Below, piece after piece: positions 1 to 8,982 of a stretch of 64,000 nucleotides of DNA (positions are counted from its first letter, which is position 1; each line of letters opens with the position of its first letter). Made by a program: the position numbers and the translations under genes. The notes beneath the pieces are model-generated. The model was not told where the DNA came from. It searched no databases and worked only from the letters and a program-made list of their open reading frames with translations. The DNA is from an uncultured Lachnospiraceae bacterium (lineage in GTDB: Bacteria > Bacillota > Clostridia > Lachnospirales > Lachnospiraceae): contig ONDV01000006.1 of assembly GCA_900316665.1 (NCBI GenBank), positions 8,705 to 72,704 of the forward strand, in the 5' to 3' direction.

Positions 1-1
1 A

Positions 2-262
2 CTGGATGATTATTCAAGGAATTCTATCGGAGTAGCCCTGGCCCTATTGATGTCAGTTGGCTCGAGATCTATGATGGGGTTATCTCCCACAATATGGGCA
101 TCTGGTTTAAGAACATTTTCTGTTGTATATTATACGATCGTTTTTGCGCTTGTGTGGCTGTTAAGACAATTGAGAATAAATGGAGACAAATCATTACTTT
201 ACATTATATGGTTAACTTATATGTCTGCTGTTGAGATTGGCGGATTTATTGTAGCGTTATAA
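2..262 (+). CDS. C-terminal end of a hydrophobic membrane protein of the polysaccharide locus (5'-truncated by window edge)
   Basis: Frame is open from base 2 to TAA at 260-262 and ends in two hydrophobic segments; it lies directly upstream of the epimerase. Confidence 0.6.
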   Translation: MDDYSRNSIGVALALLMSVGSRSMMGLSPTIWASGLRTFSVVYYTIVFALVWLLRQLRINGDKSLLYIIWLTYMSAVEIGGFIVAL

Positions 263-280
263 AGAGAATGAGGTATATGG

Positions 281-1204
281 ATGAGACGTTTGATTCTTGG
301 AGCATGTGGATTTATCGGGGGAAATTTATCTAGAACAATTGCCAACAGATATCCTAAGGATCAATTGAGGATATTTGATAGGAAAATACCTGACTCGATT
401 AGACAAAAGATTAAGTCGATAGAATCAGAAACAATAGAAGGTGATTTTAATAGAGATTATGATTTTGATTCATTGGTAAGTGGATGCGAAGAAGTATATC
501 ATTTGATAAGCACTACGGTTCCATCTTCAGATATTCTGTTGGAAGATGAGATTACTCAAAACGTTTTTCCTACTTTGGCATTATTGGATGCATGTGTGCG
601 ACATCGGGTAAAAAAGGTTATTTTTATTTCTTCCGGAGGTACAGTATACGGTAAATCAGAGGGATTACCATTTAAGGAAACGGATGAGAATGAGCCGATA
701 TGCTCTTATGGAATTCAGAAGCTTACAATTGAAAAATATCTTTATCTATACAAGCATCTGTATCAACTTGACTACAGAATAATAAGGTTATCAAATCCGT
801 ATGGACCAGGTCAGAATCCTTTTGGAAATGTCGGTGCAGTCACGGCATTTACAAAGCGTATAATAGATGATGAAATTATAACACTCTATGGTGATGGAGA
901 GAATGTTAGAGATTATATTTACATCGATGATGCTATAGAGGGAATATTGAATATAGCTTCTTCAGTAGATGAGTCAAATATTTATAATCTAGGAAGTGGA
1001 ATCGGTTATTCACTTAATGAGGTGATTTCAATTATAGAGGAGATCACTCATAGAAGAGCTAGGATTCATATGGAACCATTTAGAAGCAGAGATTTAAAGT
1101 ACAGCGTGTTAAACATTACAAAATATACGGATAAGTTTCCTGAACACAAGATGATCTCGTTAAAGAAGGGCATTTCAAAGCTGATAGAGTACTGGGAGAA
1201 GTAG
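281..1204 (+). CDS. NAD-dependent sugar epimerase/dehydratase (extended SDR)
   Basis: GACGFIG nucleotide-binding motif, SSGGTVYG, YGIQK (YxxxK), RLSNPYGP; RBS GAGGT upstream. Confidence 0.93.
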   Translation: MRRLILGACGFIGGNLSRTIANRYPKDQLRIFDRKIPDSIRQKIKSIESETIEGDFNRDYDFDSLVSGCEEVYHLISTTVPSSDILLEDEITQNVFPTLALLDACVRHRVKKVIFISSGGTVYGKSEGLPFKETDENEPICSYGIQKLTIEKYLYLYKHLYQLDYRIIRLSNPYGPGQNPFGNVGAVTAFTKRIIDDEIITLYGDGENVRDYIYIDDAIEGILNIASSVDESNIYNLGSGIGYSLNEVISIIEEITHRRARIHMEPFRSRDLKYSVLNITKYTDKFPEHKMISLKKGISKLIEYWEK

Positions 1205-1205
1205 C

Positions 1206-1994
1206 ATGAAAAAAAAGAAACATACATTCGCCATATGTGCATATAAAGAATCACAGTTTTTGGAGCAGTGCGTAAAGTCAATAGTTCCTCAAAGGAAATA
1301 TAGTGATATTATCATGACAACTTCTACTCCTAATGATTGGATCGATAGTCTTGCAAAGAAATATGAAATACCTTTATTTGTTCGTAATGGAAAAAGCCAG
1401 ATACAAGATGACTGGAATTTTGCATGTGATAACGCAAAAACGGAATGGGTAACAGTTGCTCATCAGGATGATGTTTACGATCTGATGTATTCACGGAGGT
1501 TGTTAGACGAAATTAATAAAAGACCTAATGCAATCATGGCATTCTGCGATTATCATCCAATTAAACATGGGCATATAGGAACTGATTTGAATTCACGGAT
1601 GAAACGTTTTTTCCATTTTCCGTTGAGGTTTGAGGCAATGTCAACAAGTAAGTTTTGGAAAAAATACTCATTAGCATTTGGGAATTCGATAAGCTGTCCA
1701 TCTGTTGCTTATCATAAAAGTCTCATTCAAGGAGAAATTTTTACTTCTGACCTAAACTTTGCCCTAGATTGGGATACTTTTGTAAAATTTGCTCAGTATG
1801 ATGCACCGTTTATTTATATTCCAGAATATTTGTTCTATTACAGGATTCATAGTGGAGCAACTAGCGCAGAATACACAAAGGAAAATGTCAGGCAGTCAGA
1901 AGAAATGTATATGTTTCGTAAATTTTGGCCTGAATGGTTAATAAAGTTAGGCTTTAGACTCTATCAGAAGAGCTATGATACATATAAAGACTGA
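1206..1994 (+). CDS. Glycosyltransferase family 2
   Basis: FAICAYKE start, AHQDD DxD-type motif, LDWD and YRIH motifs. Confidence 0.88.
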   Translation: MKKKKHTFAICAYKESQFLEQCVKSIVPQRKYSDIIMTTSTPNDWIDSLAKKYEIPLFVRNGKSQIQDDWNFACDNAKTEWVTVAHQDDVYDLMYSRRLLDEINKRPNAIMAFCDYHPIKHGHIGTDLNSRMKRFFHFPLRFEAMSTSKFWKKYSLAFGNSISCPSVAYHKSLIQGEIFTSDLNFALDWDTFVKFAQYDAPFIYIPEYLFYYRIHSGATSAEYTKENVRQSEEMYMFRKFWPEWLIKLGFRLYQKSYDTYKD

Positions 1995-2008
1995 AAAGGG
2001 GATATTAA

Positions 2009-2944
2009 ATGAAGACCACAGATAAAAAGATTTCTTTTGTCATTCCTTGTTATTATTCAGAAAGAACACTAGCAGGAGTAGTAGAAGACATTATTAATGA
2101 GTTTTGTGATGATGATATTGAAATAATATTAGTTAACGATGGTTCGGCTGATGGAACATTTTCAGTTATTGAAAGTCTTACACAAAAATATAAATTTATT
2201 AAGGGAATAAATCTTTCAAGAAATTTTGGGCAGGATGGTGCTAGAATGGCTGGATATCATTTCGTGACGGGTGATTATGTTGTAACGCTTGATGATGATG
2301 CACAAAATCCACCGGCTGAAGCTCATAAGCTCATCGCAAAACTGGAAGAAGGTTATGATGCTGTTTTTGGTAAATATCTTATAAAACATCACAGTAAATT
2401 CAAAAATTTTGGAAGCAAGTTAAATGACCTGATGGCTGATTGGATCTTAGAAAAACCAAAGAATCTAAGATTATGTAGCTATTTTGTAATGACTAGATTT
2501 GTAACAAACGAAATTATTAAATATGAGGGCGCATATCCATATGTTTGGGGACTGATATTGAGGACAACTAGAAATGTGACCAATCAAGTCATCGAACATA
2601 GAGCTAGAGAAATTGGTGAGAGCACTTATACCTTTTCGAAGCTTTTGGGACTTTGGCTAAATGGTTTTACTTCATTTTCAGTCAAGCCACTAAGATTAAC
2701 ATCCGTATTTGGAATGCTTTCGGCAGCGATTGGCTTTATATTGGCTGTCTATGTTATTGTTAGAAAGCTTGCATATGGAATCAATGCGGATGGCTGGGCT
2801 TCAATGATGTGTATTATACTGTTCCTTGGAGGTATTCTCATGCTGATGATGGGGTTACTTGGAGAGTATGTTGGAAGAATATATATAAACGAAAATAGTG
2901 CGCCCCAATTCATTATCAAGGATACAACGGATACCAAGGATTGA
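2009..2944 (+). CDS. GT2 polyprenyl-phosphate glycosyltransferase (GtrB/ArnC-like) with two C-terminal TM helices
   Basis: VIPCY, VNDGS, SRNFGQ, TLDDDAQNPP, C-terminal LGLLGEYVGRIY. Confidence 0.9.
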   Translation: MKTTDKKISFVIPCYYSERTLAGVVEDIINEFCDDDIEIILVNDGSADGTFSVIESLTQKYKFIKGINLSRNFGQDGARMAGYHFVTGDYVVTLDDDAQNPPAEAHKLIAKLEEGYDAVFGKYLIKHHSKFKNFGSKLNDLMADWILEKPKNLRLCSYFVMTRFVTNEIIKYEGAYPYVWGLILRTTRNVTNQVIEHRAREIGESTYTFSKLLGLWLNGFTSFSVKPLRLTSVFGMLSAAIGFILAVYVIVRKLAYGINADGWASMMCIILFLGGILMLMMGLLGEYVGRIYINENSAPQFIIKDTTDTKD

Positions 2945-3200
2945 TAGGTAATATCAATCAAGCCACTCATTATTAGAAACAGAATTACAACACGGCACTA
3001 TTCACTTATTACTGACTTTTATATGGTTGATATACTAATGCTTAATTTTCATGTCGTAATCCTGTAGTCATGATTTTGATAAATGCTCACAAATACATCG
3101 CCGATGCTACTAAATCTGAGTCTTATAATATTCTAAATGATTATGCAGCCAACGATTAGAATTGAGAATTAGGAGCCTATCTAGATGATAGGTGAAACTT

Positions 3201-3519
3201 ATGATTAGCAATATTACAAGTGTAATACAAAAGAAAAAGAGCATGCAGTTATGATGAAGGCGGCAAATACAAGGAATAGCTATATTGAATTGGTAACAGG
3301 CTATTTGAGAAGACGACTGGGCTATTATCCAAATAAAACCATAAGACTATGAAGGATATTACTATAGCTGGTAGTATCGACGACAGAAATAATCCGTACA
3401 CAGGGCAGACATCAGATTGTAGTTGCTGCTGGGGAGATACAGACAATGGGAAGACCGGAAACCCTGGCTTTGATGAAATGAATAGATGTAAAAAATACAA
3501 TTTTGAGAAAATAAGATGA
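3201..3519 (+). other. Three chained small ORFs (3201-3254, 17 aa; 3251-3352, 33 aa; 3349-3519, 56 aa) linked by ATGA overlaps
   Basis: Manual translation; each TGA overlaps the next ATG and the last overlaps the GT start at 3516; AGGTGA precedes 3201. Confidence 0.35.
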
Positions 3520-6029
3520 AAAAAACAGAAATAACTAGATATAAGAGTAATATTTATATTGAAGGAGTGCGTACAGACCTCTCCGGTAGTGCAGATTTGA
3601 TTTTCACTGGTTGGGTGGAATCAGGAAACCAGAACGATGTAGAAATTCAAGCTTATTGGAATGATGAACTTTGCAAAGTAGAACTCCTAGAACGCAATGA
3701 TCCAGTTTATGATAATGCATTTTTGAATGGCAGTCATGAGGGTGATGGATTTATTGGACGAATCTGTTTTCCTCTACACGCCGAGAGAAAGGGCAAGATC
3801 AAGATCGTTGAGGTGGTCTCTGGAAATGAAAAGGATATTTTTATTCAAACAGGCTTTACCGAAGATATGTTTAATAGAGTGGTCTACTTTCTGGATTCCG
3901 AAGAGATTGATGAGAATCATGTATACCGGGCTAGTGGATGGGCAGTTGGTCCGGAAGAAGTGGACATATCTGTTACGAGAAATGAAACCTTAATTCCAGC
4001 ACAGGTTACTTGGTCATTTCGAGATGATATTAAGAAACTGTTTCCGGAAGTTCCGACCAATCATAACAATGGATTTGTATTGACTGTTCATCTTGCAGGT
4101 AATGGATCCGTACCATTTCAGATTCATCTGCAATCCGATGGCGATGAAAGAATTATTGATGTTACCAAGAAAAGAATCTCTGTAATGTCGGCTCTCCATG
4201 GACCATGGTACGTTAGATATCCGTTAAAGACAGCTTTGATTGCTAAACATGAGGGAATCGGAAGATTAACCTCGGTAATTGTTGGCCGATTGAGGCCGTC
4301 CGGGGAAGTAACATATAAGAAGCATTACAAACGTACGGAGCCCAATAAATCGGACCTGAATCAAGAAATCCAGGCATCAATGCAGTTCCGGACACAACCC
4401 TTCTTCTCGATTGTGGTTCCGATGTACAGAACGAAGCCAAGGTTTCTGGATGAATTGATCCAGTCTCTGGTGGATCAGACATACTCGAACTGGGAACTGT
4501 GTCTTGCCGATGCCGGAAAAGATGATCATGGAGTTTCTCCATCTGAAAAACAGATCAAGGAGTGGCAAGAAAGGGACAAACGCATCCGTTACAAGAAACT
4601 TGACAAAAATCTTTCCATTGCCGAGAATACCAATGAGGCCATTGCCATGGCTCAGGGTGACTGGGTTGTGTTTTCAGATCATGATGATACACTTGCGCCA
4701 TTTGCATTATTTATGTGTGCACGTACCATCAATGAGAATACAGATTGTGATGTCATTTATTCTGATCAGGACATGATTAATTATCAGGGCAGCAAACGGT
4801 ATGATCCGCTTTATAAGCCGGATTACAATGAAGCTCTATTTTGCAGCCGTAATTATATTTCTCACCTGATGCTGGCAAGAAAAAGTCTTGTTGACAGTAT
4901 TGGCGGATTGAATCCTGAATTTGATGGCTCGCAGGACTATGACTTTACCTTCCGCTGCTGTGAAAAGGCTCGGCAGATCTCTCATATTCCTGTTGTGCTT
5001 TATCACTGGAGAGCTCATCAAGAGTCCACAGCCGGAAATCCTGAATCCAAGCTGTATGCATTTACCAATGGCGCGAAAGCTATTAATGCACATTATAAGA
5101 GACTTGGTATCCCGGCAGAAGCAGTACATACAGGAAACTGGGGAATCTATCGAACCACCTTCCATTGGCCTAGTTATCCGTTGGTATCTATTTTGATTCC
5201 AACCAAGGATCATGTTGACGACTTAAAGCGATGTATTTTGTCAATTGAACAGAAAACGAACTACTCGCGATATGAAATCGTTGTAATCGAAAACAACTCA
5301 GAACTGGATGAGACTTTCCAATTCTATGAAGAATTGAAAACACATAAAGAAATCAAGGTGGTTCAATATAAAGGTTCCTTTAATTATTCTGCCATTAACA
5401 ATTTTGGTGCCGAACATGCGGAGGGCGAGTACCTGCTTCTTTTGAATAATGATACAGAGGTGATCAATCCAGAATGGCTGGATGAGATGATGGGGTATGC
5501 TCAGTGCCCGGATGTGGGAATCGTAGGGGCTAAACTCTTATACCCTGACGAAACTATCCAGCATGCCGGAGTGGTTGTCGGATATGGTGGAACAGCCGGG
5601 CATGCCTTTAAAGGCCTGAAAAGGGATGACTATGGGTATATGGCAAGGTTGCTTTGTGCTCAGGATTATCTCGCAGTTACTGGTGCATGCCTACTAACGA
5701 GAAAGTCGGAATTTGAAAAAGTAGGTCGTCTGAGCGAAGATCTGGCAGTCGCATTTAATGATATTGATTATTGTCTCAAGGTCCATTCAGATGGGATGAG
5801 GTGTGTATGGACACCATATGCAGAACTTTTTCATTATGAGTCTAAGTCCAGAGGTTATGAGACAACCCCGGAGAAACAAAAACGATTTTTACAGGAGGCA
5901 GCTTTATTTGATGAAAAGTGGAAAGATATCTTAGAGAAGGGAGATCCTTATTATAATCCCAATCTGACGCTTGGAAAGGAAGACTTTTCTTTCAGAAATG
6001 AAAAGGATGCACCTATTCATTTTAGTTGA
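3516..6029 (+). CDS. Large glycosyltransferase with N-terminal beta-domains and two GT2 domains
   Basis: FSIVVPMY...DHDD...GSQDYD (GT2 no. 1) and VSILIPTK...LLNND...AFNDIDYC (GT2 no. 2). Confidence 0.92.
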   Translation: MKKTEITRYKSNIYIEGVRTDLSGSADLIFTGWVESGNQNDVEIQAYWNDELCKVELLERNDPVYDNAFLNGSHEGDGFIGRICFPLHAERKGKIKIVEVVSGNEKDIFIQTGFTEDMFNRVVYFLDSEEIDENHVYRASGWAVGPEEVDISVTRNETLIPAQVTWSFRDDIKKLFPEVPTNHNNGFVLTVHLAGNGSVPFQIHLQSDGDERIIDVTKKRISVMSALHGPWYVRYPLKTALIAKHEGIGRLTSVIVGRLRPSGEVTYKKHYKRTEPNKSDLNQEIQASMQFRTQPFFSIVVPMYRTKPRFLDELIQSLVDQTYSNWELCLADAGKDDHGVSPSEKQIKEWQERDKRIRYKKLDKNLSIAENTNEAIAMAQGDWVVFSDHDDTLAPFALFMCARTINENTDCDVIYSDQDMINYQGSKRYDPLYKPDYNEALFCSRNYISHLMLARKSLVDSIGGLNPEFDGSQDYDFTFRCCEKARQISHIPVVLYHWRAHQESTAGNPESKLYAFTNGAKAINAHYKRLGIPAEAVHTGNWGIYRTTFHWPSYPLVSILIPTKDHVDDLKRCILSIEQKTNYSRYEIVVIENNSELDETFQFYEELKTHKEIKVVQYKGSFNYSAINNFGAEHAEGEYLLLLNNDTEVINPEWLDEMMGYAQCPDVGIVGAKLLYPDETIQHAGVVVGYGGTAGHAFKGLKRDDYGYMARLLCAQDYLAVTGACLLTRKSEFEKVGRLSEDLAVAFNDIDYCLKVHSDGMRCVWTPYAELFHYESKSRGYETTPEKQKRFLQEAALFDEKWKDILEKGDPYYNPNLTLGKEDFSFRNEKDAPIHFS

Positions 6030-6162
6030 TCTATTACAAACGAATCGTGATACGCTAAAAGAGCTTACATTATGCAGCTAGGAATAAGCTTAATTGGAGT
6101 TATCAAGGATTCCTTGTAGAGAAAGAACTTGCGAGAAATTAAGCTGAAATGGAAATGAATCG

Positions 6163-7584
6163 ATGAAAAAAAAGATATTCTGGCTACTAGCCATATTAGT
6201 CATCATTGTATTTAATATTGTATGTTTTACTAGCCGACCTGACTGGTCTAAGGAAACATTGTCTCTTGCTGTAACATTAAAAGCAGACACAACAGAGAAT
6301 ACACAGATATTTTGTCTGAAAAAAAGTGAGTCGATGAATAATATCCAATACAATCCGAAAAATGCAAGTAAACTGGTTGCGTATACAGATACTTTCGGAA
6401 AGTATATGACCCTGAATTACGAAATCCCAGCGGATACCCGAGCAATCCGGTTCGATCCATCCCAAGCATTAAATCTTACTACGATTAAGAATATTAAGCT
6501 AAGATATAAGGGTAGAACCATTGTCGACTTTATGAAATCAAATATGGATATCATTGATAGTCAGCAGACCGATATTCAAAAGGATGATAAAACAATAAAG
6601 ATTCAGACAGAAGGCGGTGATGGATATATCACCTTCGCTGTACCTGTGTCTTATAGTGCCATTGTTGCAAAAGTGCAGTCTTATGGGGAAATGTCTGCGA
6701 GGTTGAAACGTCTTTTAGCAGCCCTTGCGGTAGACTTGCTTTTTGCCTTTGTTTTTTGGAAGAGAAAAAGTGTCTTTTCCATCCCACGTGATTTATGGCA
6801 GGAGAAACGCTTAGTTTGGAATCTGGGAAAAAATGATTTTAAGGCACGTTTTGCCGGTTCCTATCTTGGAATTGTCTGGGCATTTGTCCAGCCGATAGTA
6901 ACAGTTGTTGTTTACTGGTTTGTATTTCAGAAGGCATTGAATGTTGGTACTCAGTCTACCAAAGCAGGAATACAAGTTCCTTATGTTCTCTGGCTTGTGG
7001 CAGGTCTGGTTCCTTGGTTTTACTTTTCTGACGTTGTAACTAGTGGCACCAATGTCATTGTGGAATATAGTTATCTTGTAAAAAAAGTTGTATTTAAGAT
7101 CAGCTGCCTACCTGTAGTAAAAGCTATTTCTGCTTTATTTGTTCATATGTTTTTTTTGGCATTCATTCTGATTCTGTATGCTTGCTATGGGAACTTTCCG
7201 AATCCTTATATGCTCCAGATGTTGTATTATTCGTTTGCGATGATGGTGTTGGGTTTGGCAATTATCTATTTTACAAGTGCAATCACGGTATTTTTCAGAG
7301 ATACTTCACAGATTGTCAATATAATAATGCAGGTTATGGTTTGGTTTACTCCTATTATGTGGAATATTGATGGAATGACGCTTTCGGCGCCAGTTACATT
7401 TATTATGAAGCTAAATCCGATGTTTTATGTGATTCAGGGATACCGTGATGCCCTGATTAATCATGTTTGGTTCTGGAATCATGCCGGGCTCACCATATAT
7501 TTCTGGTGTATAACAGTCATTCTTTTGATATTTGGGGCATGGATTTTCAAGAGGTTGAGGGTTCACTTCGCAGATGTGTTATAA
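6163..7584 (+). CDS. wzm: Polysaccharide ABC exporter permease Wzm/RgpC with ~200-aa N-terminal extension
   Basis: NDFKARFAGSYLGIVWAFVQP, LNPMFYVIQGYRD, FADVL terminus; adjacent to wzt. Confidence 0.9.
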   Translation: MKKKIFWLLAILVIIVFNIVCFTSRPDWSKETLSLAVTLKADTTENTQIFCLKKSESMNNIQYNPKNASKLVAYTDTFGKYMTLNYEIPADTRAIRFDPSQALNLTTIKNIKLRYKGRTIVDFMKSNMDIIDSQQTDIQKDDKTIKIQTEGGDGYITFAVPVSYSAIVAKVQSYGEMSARLKRLLAALAVDLLFAFVFWKRKSVFSIPRDLWQEKRLVWNLGKNDFKARFAGSYLGIVWAFVQPIVTVVVYWFVFQKALNVGTQSTKAGIQVPYVLWLVAGLVPWFYFSDVVTSGTNVIVEYSYLVKKVVFKISCLPVVKAISALFVHMFFLAFILILYACYGNFPNPYMLQMLYYSFAMMVLGLAIIYFTSAITVFFRDTSQIVNIIMQVMVWFTPIMWNIDGMTLSAPVTFIMKLNPMFYVIQGYRDALINHVWFWNHAGLTIYFWCITVILLIFGAWIFKRLRVHFADVL

Positions 7585-7605
7585 AGATGTTTTGAGGAAT
7601 GAATT

Positions 7606-8970
7606 ATGTCAGATGATATTGCCATCCGTGTCAGGGATGTAAGTAAATTATATAAACTTTATGATAAGAATTCAGATCGTTTCAGGGAAGCTCTGGGTCT
7701 TACGAGAAAGAAACTTTACCACGAGCACTATGCACTTCATCATATCAATTTTGATGTAAAGCGTGGAGAAACAGTAGGAATAATCGGTACGAATGGTGCT
7801 GGTAAGTCTACTATTTTAAAAATTATTACAGGTGTGCTGACCCCATCGGATGGAACGGTAGAGATTCATGGTAGAATCTCAGCTTTGCTCGAGCTTGGTG
7901 CTGGTTTCAATCAGGAATATACAGGCATGGAAAATATCTATCTGAACGGTACAATGATGGGGCTTACTAGAGAACAGGTCGAGGACAAAGTACCGGAAAT
8001 TCTCAGTTTTGCGGATATCGGTGATTTTATTAACCAGCCGGTTAAAACCTATTCATCTGGTATGTTTGTTCGTCTGGCGTTTGCTGTTGCCATTAATATC
8101 GACCCGGATATTTTGATTGTAGATGAGGCTCTGTCTGTTGGAGATATATTCTTCCAGTCAAAATGTTATAACAAGTTTGAAGAATTCAAGCGAGAAGGAA
8201 AAACAATACTTCTGGTCAGCCACGATTTGAGTTCGGTGGCAAAATATTGTGACAGAGTAATCCTTTTCAATAAGGGAGAGAAGCTTACAGAGGGAAATCC
8301 CAAGGAGATGATAAATCTCTATAAGAAGATTCTGACAGGAACTGACCGAGAACGCGATGAAATAGACAGGAAATACGGTAAATCCAAAACCAAGCCTGTC
8401 TCAGCAGCAGACGGGATGAAGACAGAAAATGAAGAATCCGCTGACAGAAATTACGAGAATCATTCTGTCAGAACAAATAATACATATGGGACAGACTGGA
8501 AGTCTCATTTTGAGATAAATCCAAATCTGAATGAATATGGTAACAGAAAAGCTGAAATATGTGATTTTGCTGTTGTTGATGAGAATGGGATGCTTACAAA
8601 TGCGATTATAAAAGGTTCTCATTTCAAGATGAAGACAAAGGTTCATTTTAATGAGACTGTAAAGAACCCTATTTTTACATATACTTTCAAGACAGTTCGG
8701 GGAATCGATGTGACCGGAACCAATACTATGTTTGAGAATAAGATAGTTCAGGTTGCAAAGAGAGGCGAGAATTATATCATTACTTATGATCAGAATATGG
8801 ATCTTCAAGGTGGTGATTATCTCTTGTCAATGAGTTGCACCGGTTATGTAAATGGAAGTCTGACAGCTTATCACAGATGCTATGACATAATCAGCGTAAC
8901 AGTGATATCTGACAAGGATACTGTTGGCTTTTATGATATGAACTCAAAGATTGAGATAGAAAAAGAGTAG
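7606..8970 (+). CDS. wzt: Polysaccharide ABC exporter ATPase Wzt/RgpD with C-terminal Wzt-C-like domain
   Basis: GTNGAGKST Walker A, YSSGM signature, ILIVDE Walker B; ~150-aa C-terminal extension. Confidence 0.95.
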   Translation: MSDDIAIRVRDVSKLYKLYDKNSDRFREALGLTRKKLYHEHYALHHINFDVKRGETVGIIGTNGAGKSTILKIITGVLTPSDGTVEIHGRISALLELGAGFNQEYTGMENIYLNGTMMGLTREQVEDKVPEILSFADIGDFINQPVKTYSSGMFVRLAFAVAINIDPDILIVDEALSVGDIFFQSKCYNKFEEFKREGKTILLVSHDLSSVAKYCDRVILFNKGEKLTEGNPKEMINLYKKILTGTDRERDEIDRKYGKSKTKPVSAADGMKTENEESADRNYENHSVRTNNTYGTDWKSHFEINPNLNEYGNRKAEICDFAVVDENGMLTNAIIKGSHFKMKTKVHFNETVKNPIFTYTFKTVRGIDVTGTNTMFENKIVQVAKRGENYIITYDQNMDLQGGDYLLSMSCTGYVNGSLTAYHRCYDIISVTVISDKDTVGFYDMNSKIEIEKE

Positions 8971-8982
8971 AGATGGTTCGAT

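Noticed and set aside
1209-1216. A8 tracts right after start codons (also 6166-6173) as possible phase-variation sites
   Set aside because: Ordinary Lys codons after ATG in AT-rich genes; short tracts with no frame disruption
3249-3500. 83-aa minus-strand ORF in the intergenic gap
   Set aside because: No recognisable domain or RBS; the plus-strand coupled ORFs explain the region better
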